This document shows positions 20,901 to 32,330 of a DNA stretch of 64,000 bases, one piece after another. Both the position numbers and the translations under genes were made by a program. The stretch lies in contig CATNEN010000008.1 in the NCBI GenBank assembly GCA_950097015.1, positions 3,720,001-3,784,000 on the forward strand, in the 5' to 3' direction. How positions within the stretch are numbered: the first letter of the stretch is position 1; the number at the start of each line of letters is the position of its first letter. The notes below the pieces were generated by a model. The model saw only the letters and a list, made by a program, of their open reading frames with translations. It searched no databases and was not told the DNA's origin. Source of the stretch: Macrostomum hystrix (Eukaryota > Animalia > Platyhelminthes).

Positions 20901-23900
20901 TCTCTGGTGAATATTTGGACCCTGGAATGTCATCAGATTTGGCACAGGTGCATTATGATTTGGAGGAAACCTCTGAGGTTCAGCATGCCTCTGGGTTGGA
21001 TTTACCTTAGAATTCTGGATAGTAGGTTCAGGTGCCTTCTGGCCAACTGCTTGGCAGTACTGGGTCTGGTGGCCAGCCATCAGATTTGACTTGGTCTTGG
21101 AACTGGCCTGACCTAGAGGGCCCTGGCTTTGAACTAGCCTTCTTGTCTCTCTAAGTTGTTGGGCGATTCTAAGAGCTTGTTCTGGGGATGAAACCTCCAA
21201 CATGTTGGATCAATGCTCTGTAACCTTAGGGTCATTGACACTGGTCAAGGATGAACTGGTCAAGAATCTGGTCCTGGATAATCTGACTAAATCCATCCTC
21301 AAGATAGGCCTTGGTTGCCAAATTCTGCAAACTAGTCAAGAATTGTTCAAAAGTTTCATTGTTGGGTAGTTTCATTGTCTTGACGTGTTCGAGTGCGCAA
21401 TTCTCGGCGTAATGTAGTCAAGCTCTTTTGGCTACCATGACAGCTACCAGAAAAGAATACCAAAAGTGAGGGATAAGTGGCACCTGGTAGTCAGTCAAGA
21501 GGAGAACCAGAAGGCTTGTTGTGCACTGCACATTGATTGGCTAACCAAGCCAATTGGTTAGCCAAGGTTAGGAAAGCAGGTCCTAAAAATGCAGCCATAG
21601 TCCTGATTCTCACTATGTCTGGCTGATTAGGGAAGTTGCTAATGTAATTGTCTACTCTAGCTACAAAGGTACTGAATTCTTCTTTGCCATCAAACATAGA
21701 TGGTTTTGGAATAGATGGCATTGGCAACTGGGACTGAACCTGAGGTAGACCTATAGCTCTTTGAGAAGGAACTAGATTGGCTGGTCTAGGCATCTCTACA
21801 ACATTCTGCTGATTATTTGGATTTAGGCTAAGTGGAGCCCACTCTAAGTCTGATTGGAAAAGTCTACTGCTTCTAGGATAAATTGAAGTCTAGGTCTGGC
21901 TTGCTCAGGTTGCTCTGTTTGAGCTGTAGCATCTGTCTGAGCTTGAGGCAAACCTACATGATTACCAACTAGGTCTATATTGCTCTCTTCAACTCTCCAG
22001 CCACTTGAAAGATTCAGATGACTGTCATCTTGCCATAGGTTAGTAGGCAAATGATGTGCTGCAGGCATACCAACAGATTCTAACTGTGAAAGAACAACAT
22101 TCTCAGAACTATTGCCATTCTGATTTTGTGACCCTTGACTTTGCCATGCAGTACTAGCATCTCCTATATCATCTGGGTTGGCATTAAGTAGAGGTTGGTG
22201 TAATCCACTACTAGGCACAGCTTGGTCAATTAGTGATCTATTTCGGTTAATAGTCTGGCTTCTTAGTTCTAGAGTATCCATCACTGGACAAATGCAAGAA
22301 ACAAATATATGAAAGTTTATTATTTTTTTAATTGTGTATGGTGGTATGACAAATGTTAGATAGCAAATAATCTATATAGTTACTTAATAATATATAAATA
22401 GACCTACAAAGCTATTGCCTAACCTGATTAATAAAGCAATCTGATAATTCTAACTGACAGTCACACAGAGCATGTTACAAAATAGATCAAATTAGCAAGT
22501 GTAACAGGGCTTATGACTCTACTTTTCTCTCTCTTGGTAGCATATCTCTCGCACAAGCAGTTTATCCTTCTAAGGCACTGGTCTCTTATTCTCCAGTCTT
22601 TGCTGGGTGTTTTCCGTGGATCAGATCGTCACAGCCTCAAATAACCAACTCAACACTTGAACACCTTCTTACTCAGTTATAGCTTATTTGCTTTTCGCCA
22701 CACTGGCATGTTGCCTTGTCTCACAAGAATGGCACTCGTTTATATACACAAAAAAGGTTTGTTTAAATGAATGAATTTGACAGAATATTTATAAAATTTT
22801 ACATATAAAAATATTTAGCGCATTTAAACAAAGAGCATAGGTATGAATTTGACTTTAAAAAAACGATAAAAGCATCCCTACTACACAAGTGATATTGGCC
22901 ATTGGCATTGCCATTGGTGTTATTAAAAAATCAAATTCAAAATGGGAAGATATATAAATGCAACTATAAATAAATAGTATATATCTATCAATAATAATAT
23001 AATGTCTCAGAAGTTCCAGCAGAGTCAAATGTGTGCATTCTGGTCCTGGCGTGGTTGCCAATGTAAAGAAAAATTTTTGGGTCGGGTCTTATTTGAATTT
23101 GTTTTAGACATTGGGCTCGTATGTGTAGCAGGATGTAGAAACTGGATGTGGTTGCCAATTATTTTCAGATTTGAAGTCAAGGTGAGCAATAATAAGTTAA
23201 CTTAGTTAAGTAGTGCAATATGCTATTAACATGAGTGAGCGCTCGAACCATTGACTGCAACTGCATCTGTGACAATTTATAGCTAGTTGGGTATTTAACT
23301 ATTACCTATAGGTGATTGTAAAACAAAAGTGGAGGTTTGCCTTATAACTAAATATACATGATTGACTATTTATAACCAAAATGTATTATTCCATAATTGT
23401 ATTATCCAGAAAAAGTTAAAATTGTCCTTTCATATATTTTTCCAATTTCAGACTTGTGGAACGATTTGTTATGAATGGATAGTATCCTTTTAATTACAAT
23501 TTTCTGTTGTTCTAAATAGGGCATTGTAACTATGCAATATATCATATTTATTGTGCTAAATACAGTGTCAGATCTAAAATTTGGTGATATTAAGAATGGT
23601 AGCTATAGAACGTCACAATGCAATTGCATGATATCATATTATTCTCTTTACATACTACATTTCCTTAACATTTTCATCAAAAAAAAAACAATTACTTAGT
23701 CAACCTCAGCAGTTGTCAACATATGCACTCACCCTGTTCAAGCACGAGTATCAATTGAATGGAAAGAAAATTGCTATCGGTAAGATGGATAATCAAAGGT
23801 TCGTGTTTACTTTGGGAGGTAGTGGCGCTTGCGACAGGCTCAGGGATGGTCGTAACAGGCCCAGGAAGGCAGTGACATTCTCGAGAAGGCAGTGACAGGC

Positions 23901-25323
23901 TCTGGGAGGTAGTGACAGGTTCAGGAAGGCAGACAGGTCCAGGAAGGCAGTGACAGGCTCAGGAAGGCAGTGACAGGCTCAGGAAGGCAGTGACAGGCTC
24001 AGGGAGGCAGTGACAGGCTCAGGAAGGCAGTGACAGGCTCAGGAAGGCAGTGACAGGCTCAGGGAGGCAGTGACAGGTTCAAGAAGGCAGTGACAGGTTC
24101 AGGAAGGTAGTGACAGGTTCAGGAAGGTAGTGACAGGTTCAGGGAGGTAGTGGCAGGTTCAGGAAGGCAGTGACAGGTTCAGGGAGGCAGTGGCTTAGTG
24201 AGGTGCTGGAGAGAACTCACGTGAGTTCATGCATTTAACAGCAGCTGTCTCTCTTCCCGCCGTTGCATCAGACTTCTGGGACACGGCCGGGCAGGAGCGG
24301 TTCCAGTCCATGCACACATCCTATTATCACCAGGCGCATTGTTGCATTCTTGTGTTCGATGTGACTCGCAAGATCACTTACAAGAACCTGCCAACCTGGT
24401 ACAAGGAGCTGCGGCAGCACCGGCCGGAAATTCCTTGTCTGTGCGCCGCCAATAAGATCGACGGTGAGCGGCCTGACAGTTTTTTTAGTTACAGAATTCA
24501 TTTTTTTCAGAAGAAAAATTATTTTAGCCAAGTAATTAAACTACATAATTCGGGTGGTTGAGTAACAGAGTGGTTAACGCGTTTGCCTCTCGCACCAAAG
24601 GCTCTGAGCTCGATTCCGCGGTGAGGCCACATTCATTTGAAGCGCAGCCGCGAGAGAAGGCTTGGGGGCTTGTCGTGCAAGCTACGCCTTTGAAGTGTAC
24701 ACTGCCTGACGACGAGAAAGGGCAGATGTACACGTGTGTGTGCGTGTATGCTCAGAAGTCAGTGCAATAGGCATAATTGCCTCATTGTTGGCTGCGGGTA
24801 TTAACCATTTTTATTATTAAAAACTTCATAATTCAAGTCTTATTATACGCTACTTATAGTAGCACACGTTGAACAAAAACGGCCCTTTTAGGAACAAACT
24901 GTCAAAACAGCCTGTCTATAATTTACAACGAAGCGCTTATCTCTTAAATGTGCATTTGCATTAAATATTCTAAATTTGTGTTTTATTACCTATTTAAGTG
25001 AGCTTTAAATCACTACCGAATTACAGCCAACATGGCCATCACGAAGACCAGTTTTAACTTTCCAAAGAAGCACGGCATGCCATTCTACTTTGTGTCCGCC
25101 TCAGACGGCACCAATGTTGTGAAGATGTTTCGCCACGCCATTCAGGCCGCTGTTGAATACAAAGCTAGCGGCAGCGATATCACCGACCTAATCATGGAGG
25201 AATTGGAGGTAGGCAGATTTCACCTGATTTATTCGACTAATTTATAAGCACCCGGCACTAAAACTGTTCTCTTTTTTAAACCAGCGCATGGAACTCGAGG
25301 AGACAAAACAGACCAGCCCTTGA
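14973..25323 (+). CDS. RABL2: Rab-like protein 2 (ciliary small GTPase), 6 exons, 205 aa
   Basis: Exons 14973-15067, 23452-23481, 23700-23779, 24272-24463, 25027-25208, 25285-25323, phases 2,2,1,1,0, total 618 nt. Spliced protein has [63 protein letters not shown] and [14 protein letters not shown], all characteristic of RABL2. No C-terminal prenylation Cys. Confidence 0.95.
15823..16380 (-). repeat. 3' LTR (558 bp) of the Gypsy element
   Basis: TGTAA/TTACA terminal inverted pentamer. Preceded on the minus strand by purine tract CGCAGGGAGGGCA. Segment 15823-16101 aligns to 23062-23304. Confidence 0.85.
17457..20880 (-). pseudogene. Disrupted Gypsy pol (protease, RT, RNase H remnant, integrase)
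   Basis: Split across ORFs 19942-20880, 19529-19732 and 17457-19496. RT ends KILGHK and jumps directly to [17 protein letters not shown], so most of the connection/RNase H region is missing. Confidence 0.9.
20751..22284 (-). pseudogene. Disrupted Gypsy gag with CCHC zinc knuckle
   Basis: Fragments 21844-22284, 21491-21793 and 20751-21203, with [19 protein letters not shown] in between; stops and frameshifts. Confidence 0.8.
23043..23060 (-). other. Primer-binding site, probably for tRNA-Arg(UCG)
   Basis: Minus strand TGGCAACCACGCCAGGAC starts 1 nt after the LTR's terminal CA. Its complement ...CGTGGTTG-CCA matches the 3' end of animal tRNA-Arg(UCG) as recalled from memory. Confidence 0.7.
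23062..23304 (-). repeat. Truncated 5' LTR remnant
   Basis: Aligns with 15823-16101 with about 10 substitutions plus 41-bp and 5-bp indels (hand count). Homology stops at 23304 and no TSD was found. Confidence 0.85.
23850..24195. repeat. 20-bp minisatellite (AGTGACAGGCTCAGGAAGGC) in RABL2 intron 3
   Basis: Exact 20-bp period at 23941-23980. Confidence 0.95.
24553..24790 (+). mobile_element. Putative second tRNA-derived SINE in RABL2 intron 4
   Basis: A-box-like GAGTGGTTAA and B-box-like GAGCTCGATTCC in a tRNA-sized GC-rich head inside an AT-rich intron. Body is unrelated to the CORE-like SINE. Only one copy seen. Confidence 0.45.
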
Positions 25324-25741
25324 AGATCTTGTTAGTTCGAGACAGACACTGCTCTAAATGAACTCTTTGTTTGAACAGGAACTATAATTGGGACAATTTT
25401 CAAACCGCTGTGATTCGTTCTATTTTAGTATGATGCAATATCTACTAAGTCTCTCTTTTCCTATAAAATTGGTTAATCTAATTCTATTTATTAATACTCC
25501 TTTTAATGGTGTGGGTTGTCTATTGACTTGCCACCAGTTGAACCTCAATGACAGACGAAAAATTACGTGTCCTATATGTATGATTACCTGATACTCGTTT
25601 AGTAACTCTTCGTAAAATTAGCGATTGAAATGCACCCTTTTCCTGTTGTTCTCTTATTGACAATTTAATTTCTATATTTATGTTACAATGCCTTTCCATT
25701 CCTCACAAAAATTTCACTGTATTCTACCTTAGAGACTCCGT

Positions 25742-27856
25742 AGTGTGTAGCTTCGATTCCCCTGAACATTCAGTGTACTGTGTAGTTTCGATTCCCCTGA
25801 ACATTCAGTGGACTGTGTAGCTTCGATTCCCCTGAACATTCAGTGGACTGTGTAGTTTCGATTCCCCTGAACATTCAGTGGACTGTGTAGCTTCGATTCC
25901 CCTGAACATTCAGTGGACTGTGTAGTTTCGATTCCCCTGAACATTCAGTGGACTGTGTAGTTTCGATTCCACTGAACATTCAGTGGACTGTGTAGCTTCG
26001 ATTCCCCTGAAAATTCAGTGGACTGTGTAGCTTCGATTCCTCTGAAAATTCAGTGGACTGTGTAGCTTCGATTCCCATGAACATTCAGTGGACTGTGTAG
26101 CTTCGATTCCCCTGAACATTCAGTGGACTGTGTAGCTTCGATTCCTCTGAAAATTCAGTGGACTGTGTAGCTTCGATTCCCCTCAACATTTAGTGGACTG
26201 TGTAGCTTCGATTCCCCTGAACATTCAGTGGACTGTAGCTTCGATTCCCCTGAACATTCAGTGGACTGTGTAGCTTCGATTCCCCTGAAAATTCAGTGGA
26301 CTGTGTAGCTTCGATTCCCCTCAAAATTTAGTGGACTGTGTAGCTTCGATTCCCCTGAACATTCAGTGGACTGTAGCTTCGATTCCCCTGAACATTCAGT
26401 GGACTGTGTAGCTTCGATTCCCCTGAAAATTCAGTGGACTGTGTAGCTTCGATTCCCCTCAAAATTTAGTGGACTGTGTAGCTTCGATTCCCCTGAACAT
26501 TCAGTGGACTGTGTAGTTTCGATTCCACTGAACATTCAGTGGACTGTGTAGCTTCGATTCCCATGAACATTCAGTGGACTGTGTAGCTTCGATTCCCCTG
26601 AACATTCAGTGGACTGTGTAGCTTCGATTCCTCTGAAAATTCAGTGGACTGTGTAGCTTCGATTCCCCTCAACATTTAGTGGACTGTGTAGCTTCGATTC
26701 CCCTGAACATTCAGTGTACTGTGTAGTTTCGATTCCCCTGAACATTCAGTGGACTGTGTAGCTTCGATTCCCATGAACATTCAGTGGACTGTGTAGCTTC
26801 GATTCCCATGAACATTCAGTGGACTGTGTAGCTTCGATTCCCCTCAACATTTAGTGGACTGTGTAGCTTCGATTCCCCTGAACATTCAGTGGACTGTAGC
26901 TTCGATTCCCCTGAACATTCAGTGGACTGTGTAGCTTCGATTCCCCTGAAAATTCAGTGGACTGTGTAGCTTCGATTCCCCTCAAAATTTAGTGGACTGT
27001 GTAGCTTCGATTCCCCTGAACATTCAGTGGACTGTGTAGTTTCGATTCCACTGAACATTCAGTGGACTGTGTAGCTTCGATTCCCATGAACATTCAGTGG
27101 ACTGTGTAGCTTCGATTCCCCTGAGCATTCAGTGGACTGTGTAGCTTCGATTCCTCTGAAAATTCAGTGGACTGTGTAGCTTCGATTCCCCTCAACATTT
27201 AGTGGACTGTGTAGCTTCGATTCCCCTGAACATTCAGTGTACTGTGTAGTTTCGATTCCCCTGAACATTCAGTGGACTGTGTAGCTTCGATTCCCCTGAA
27301 CATTCAGTGGACTGTGTAGTTTCGATTCCCCTGAACATTCAGTGGACTGTGTAGCTTCGATTCCTCTGAAAATTCAGTGGACTGTGTAGCTTCGATTCCC
27401 CTCAACATTTAGTGGACTGTGTAGCTTCGATTCCCCTGAACATTCAGTGGACTGTAGCTTCGATTCCCCTGAACATTCAGTGGACTGTATAGCTTCGATT
27501 CCCCTGAAAATTCAGTGGACTGTGTAGCTTCGATTCCCCTCAAAATTTAGTGGACTGTGTAGCTTCGATTCCCCTGAACATTCAGTGGACTGTGTAGCTT
27601 CGATTCCTCTGAAAATTCAGTGGACTGTGTAGCTTCGATTCCCCTGAACATTCAGTGGACTGTGTAGCTTCGATTCCTCTGAAAATTCAGTGGACTGTGT
27701 AGCTTCGATTCCCATGAACATTCAGTGGACTGTGTAGCTTCGATTCCCCTGAACATTCAGTGGACTGTGTAGCTTCGATTCCCATGAACATTCAGTGGAC
27801 TGTGTAGCTTCGATTCCCATGAACATTTAGTGGACTGTGTAGCTTCGATTCCCCTC
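25742..27856. repeat. 35-bp minisatellite (GACTGTGTAGCTTCGATTCCCCTGAACATTCAGTG), ~60 units
   Basis: Period 25811->25846. Recurring 33-bp and CTCAAAATTTAG variants indicate block duplications. Confidence 0.97.
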
Positions 27857-28754
27857 AATATTCAATGAACTTTAGCTTCACACACAAGGCGATCATTCTG
27901 TATTGCTGCCTATTGGCCAACAGTTACTAGGCCCAGCTCGCGCAAGAAATTTGCTTTCGTAGCAGCTCGGTTGCCATCTAGCTTTCATTGTAGTTCTTTT
28001 ATTGTTACTATTGCCTCTAGCAAAGGCAGTGAAAATTCCATTTATGTATAAATGTTAGTTTCTTTATACATTTTAATGACACTGTCTGTTACTACCGACT
28101 ACTTCGATAATAGTATCTGCTGTGTATTACTTCTAGATATATTGTAATGTTATTTATTTTAGTTTTTCTCCATCGCTAATAGCAGTAGTGTGTAGGCAAG
28201 CCTTTTTTACATTCCAGTAACAAAACACTAATACATTCCGAATCCTTTAAAGCTTTTGTTGTCGTTACTTTTTATTCATGATTTTATTAATATTATCCGT
28301 CCTTTTGTAGTGCCCATGGTACAAACATGTATTGTAGTAAACATAAATATGGTTTACTGTTTTAAATCACTTCGTTTTTATAAAATAGCTACATTTTATG
28401 TTTACAGACCATTAGCAAAGGAAAAAAATTTTTTTTGCTATCTGAAACTCTTATAACTATTTTTGTCTTGTCCGTTATTACTGCCGGATGTTAAGCGTAT
28501 AAAAATACTAAATATAATAAAAACACACAAGCTTTGTCATCTGCAAACGTGTTTTAACCGGATATTGTTCACATTTTCTAGCGGAAACATGTAAATATGT
28601 CATTTATTTATCAACTAACGCGTTTTTGTTTTAGTAAAGTCAACATATTTTGTCAGCAAAAAATCTATTGAGTTGAATTTGCTATCTGATCAGGTCTTTA
28701 GGTTGCGAGCTAGTTTACAAGGGTCTTAAAGCTAAGTTTTTATTCTAGTGTATC

Positions 28755-29967
28755 TGTTAGTTTCTAGACTAGTGTACGAGCACACGATTCTGAGGGTTCC
28801 AGGACTATAGTGTACAAGATTCTGGGGTTCCAGGACTTTAGTGTACAAGATTGTAGTATTTTCTAGACTTGTGTACAAGATTATGGGGTTCCAGGACTAT
28901 AGTGTACATTATTTAACAGTTTCTAGACTAGTGTACAAGATTCTGCGGGTTCCAGGACTATACTGTACAATATTCAGAGGGTTCCAGGACAATAGTGTAC
29001 AAGATTCTGAGGGATAGCAGGACTATAGAGTACAACATCGAAAAAGTTTATTTTCTTGTGTACAAGATTCTGAGGGATAATAGGACTTTAGTGCACAAGA
29101 TTCTGAGAGTTTATAGACTAGTGTACAAGATTTGGATAACAGGACTTAAGTGTACAAGATTGTAACAGTTTCTAGACTAGTGTACAAGATTCTGAGAGTT
29201 TCTAGACTAGTGTACAATATTCTGAGAGTTTCTAGACTAGTGTACAATATTCTGAGAGTTTCTAGACTAGTGTACAATATTCTGAGAGTTTCTAGACTAG
29301 TGTACAATATTCTGAGAGTTTCTAGACTAGTGTACAATATTCCGAGAGTTTCTAGACTAGTGTACAAGATTCTGAGTGTTTCTAGACTAGTGTACAATAT
29401 TCTGAGAGTTTCTAGACTAGTGTACAATATTCTGAGAGTTTCTAGACTAGTGTACAATATTCTGAGAGTTTCTAGACTAGTGTACAATATTCCGAGAGTT
29501 TCTAGACTAGTGTACAAGATTCTGAGTGTTTCTAGACTAGTGTACAATATTCTGAGAGTTTCTAGACTAGTGTACAATATTCCGAGAGTTTCTAGACTAG
29601 TGTACAATATTCTGAGAGTTTCTAGACTAGTGTACAAGATTCTGAGTGTTTCTAGACTAGTGTACAATATTCTGAGAGTTTCTAGACTAGTGTACAATAT
29701 TCCGAGAGTTTCTAGACTAGTGTACAATATTCCGAGAGTTTCTAGACTAGTGTACAATATTCCGAGAGTTTCTAGACTAGTGTACAATATTCTGAGAGTT
29801 TCTAGACTAGTGTACAATATTCTGAGAGTTTCTAGACTAGTGTACAATATACTGAGAGTTTCTAGACTAGTGTACAATATTCCGAGAGTTTCTAGACTAG
29901 TGTACAAGATTCTGAGAGTTTCTAGACTAGTGTACAAGATTCTGAGTGTTTCTAGACTAGTGTACAG
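28755..29967. repeat. 30-bp minisatellite (TCTAGACTAGTGTACAATATTCTGAGAGTT) with a degenerate left edge
   Basis: Homogeneous from 29170 to 29965, diverged from 28755 to 29160. Explains the 296- and 303-aa repeat ORFs. Confidence 0.97.
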
Positions 29968-30143
29968 ACATATGCACAAGTACATTGTGTACACATATCC
30001 GAATGATATTGTCGTTTTAGTTGCAAGAATTATCATTGATGATTTATTGCCAATTTATTAATAGTAGTTTGATAGCCCACCACTGACAAGTAGCATAGTT
30101 GCGCTTAAATTGCAAACGTCCATTTACCTGCTGCCGCTCGCAG

Positions 30144-32116
30144 GAGCTGGGACTAAATCCGGCCCTTAGCTCTCTGGAGTTCGTCGCTGACTTTGCCAGC
30201 CGCTATGGGGCCGCAACAGCAAATTACTCAGACCCTGACGGCGCCTTTGATCTCTACGCCTCTCCTTTTCCTTGCGTTCGCGTGCGAAACCTCCTAGCCA
30301 ACGAGGCCGCGTTGAATGCTCTGGCCGCCGCGGCTGAGCGTCTGGCCTACACTCGCCGGAGCAGCGACCTGCACCAGCTGGCGCAGTCCAACGACCTGGC
30401 TGAAGCTTCAACAAGAGTTCCACCGGCTCTGCGTCAGTGCCGCGACTTCCTGCTAAAGAAGGTCCGGCCGTGGCTTCAGCAGTTGACGGGCTTGGAGCTG
30501 AACGACTCCGAGCTGGATGTCACCTGTTCCAGGTACGGCCGCGGCGACTGCCTGCTGTGCCACGACGATCGAATGCTGGGTCGGCGCATCGCCTTTGTCT
30601 GGTATCTGGTCGACTCCGCCTGGTCGGTTGCTGATGGCGGCGCTCTCGACCTGTTGGCGCCGAAGTCGACGGACAGCGTCGGGACGATGTCGGTGATGCC
30701 CGAAACTGTGGCCGTTTCGCTGCTGCCCGAGCGAGACGCTTTTGTCTTCTTTGAAGTGTCTCGCACTTCCTATCACCAGGTAGCCGAGGTCACCAGTGTT
30801 GATAAGGTTGGTCTCCTTTTGCATTTTCCTGTTGGAAATGAAGGCTTGCTTCCCAAAGCACTAATGCCAAATTAAGCCTGATTAACCCAGCCCTAGCAAC
30901 ATCCCCACCGTTTGTCAAACCTGCCAGGTCCCCTGTTTAATCCTTCTATTTCCTAACTCCCAATCCTATCTTTTCAGATTCCCAGTTCTTAGCAACCTCT
31001 TTCCTACATTCCCAGTTCTAATCATCTTCCTTCCCAGATCCCCTGTTTGAGCCAGCCCCATAGCTTCTATGAGCTTCTTCTTGTGACAGCCTCCTAAGTC
31101 CCGAGTTTCATCCTATTTTCACTCCTCAAATCACTTTCTTCCAGGTGCGCCTCTCAGTGCACGGCTGGTTTCGCTTCCCCGCCGGTGATCCAGCCGCGGC
31201 GGCTCTTGTCGACGATTCCAAATTAGAAGCAGCTCCGCAGACTCTGCTGCGCCTAGAGGCACCCCTGGCCATAGACGAAGATCTGGTGTACAAGTGGGTA
31301 AACTACGCCTACCTGGCTCCTGAAACTCAAGCCGAAATTCAGTCGAGTTTCGGTGAAGAATCCCAGATTCGTCTGGACCACTTTCTTAATGACACCCTGG
31401 TGGCCGAGCTCCTTCAGCATTTGGCCGAGTCACGGTGGACTCGAGTCGGCCCTCTCACACGCCGCAACTATGACGTCATCGATGACGTGAAAGAGAGGCC
31501 GCTGATTGGCGAGCTGGATCAACTGTTTCGCTCCGACGCCATGCTGGTGATTCTCAGCGATCTTACTGGCTTGCGATTGCACTACGCCAGCAAGGCAGGC
31601 GAGGAGGATGTTAATGTCAATGAAGTCCCTGGCAACAGCAGGGACAATTCACATGGCCAGGGTGAAGGCGACACGTCTGATGAAGCCGGCGTCAGCTCGG
31701 CAAAGCGGCGCCGAACAGACGATGAAGTTGACGGCCCAGTTGGCGTCTGCCAGGGCGAGTTTCGTCGCTGGCGCCGCGGCTATTACACTCTGGTGCGAGA
31801 CAGCGACTATCGCGACGGCAAGGGCGATGGCTTCTTACTCGATGCGGTCTGGCACTGCGGTTGCACCGGTTGGCGCGAGACAATGGGCGGTGAGACGCAC
31901 TTTACTGCGGTTGGAGACTGTGATGACGAACCCCTAGTGACGGTTACGCCCGAAGATAACTGTCTGAACCTGGTGTACCGCGAGTGCGACACTGTGCCTT
32001 TCGTCAAATACTTGAACGCTAACGCAGCTCAGTTAAATACGGCGGGAGAGTTCTTCGACTATCGCGCGCTTTATCTCGAACCGGCAGCTTCTGAAGCTGA
32101 AAATTTTTCAGCATGA
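30144..32116 (+). CDS. OGFOD1: Prolyl 3-hydroxylase OGFOD1/Tpa1 (2OG-Fe(II) dioxygenase); start exon not identified
   Basis: Exons 30144-30806 and 31145-32116 (cag|GAG, AAG|gt, cag|GTG; phase 0). Motifs SPFPCVRV, QSNDL, DVTCSRY...LLCHDD..GRRIAFVWYLV..W...GGALDL, FFEVSRTSYHQVAEV, RLSVHGWF, followed by the second Ofd1-type domain (DAVWH..GGET...LNLVYRE..FVKYLN). Confidence 0.92.
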
Positions 32117-32179
32117 TTACGTTGGTTTTTGTCACTGGTTCTACAGACCTGTTCACAAACTTGCTTTATCAGCTTATAA

Positions 32180-32330
32180 ATTGGCTTGTCCAATTTAAAA
32201 ATCGGCTTGACCAATTTAAAAATCGGCTTGACGAATTTACAAATCGGCTTGACCAATTTACAAATTGGCTTGACAAGTTTACTTGCTTGACTTGATTAGC
32301 TTGGGCTTGACCAATTTAAAAATAAGCTTG
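32180..32330. repeat. 21-bp short array (AAATCGGCTTGACCAATTTAA) just after the OGFOD1 stop
   Basis: About 6 imperfect copies. Confidence 0.85.

Larger units (their letters stand above)
15823..23304 (-). mobile_element. Ty3/Gypsy LTR retrotransposon, decayed, antisense in RABL2 intron 1
   Basis: Domain order gag-PR-RT-RH-IN. Gag KPSMFDGK and zinc knuckle [14 protein letters not shown]; protease LVDTGSS; [47 protein letters not shown]; integrase HAQGH..CIQC, DDE core, GPY. The 3' LTR is 15823-16380 (TGTAA..TTACA) next to a PPT at 16381-16395. The 5' LTR remnant is 23062-23304 next to a PBS at ~23043-23060. Stops and frameshifts in gag and pol. Confidence 0.95.

Noticed and set aside
24693-24733. 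Hammerhead ribozyme (CTGACGA...GAAA), considered because the schistosome Sm-alpha SINE carries one
   Set aside because: Only 3 nt separate CTGACGA from GAAA (no stem II), and there is no NUH site or stem I in the right place. CTGATGA at 52417 also lacks a following stem-GAAA.
25742-27856. CRISPR-like appearance (35-bp repeats with a palindrome)
   Set aside because: Units are head-to-tail with no unique spacers, there are no cas genes, and the context is eukaryotic.
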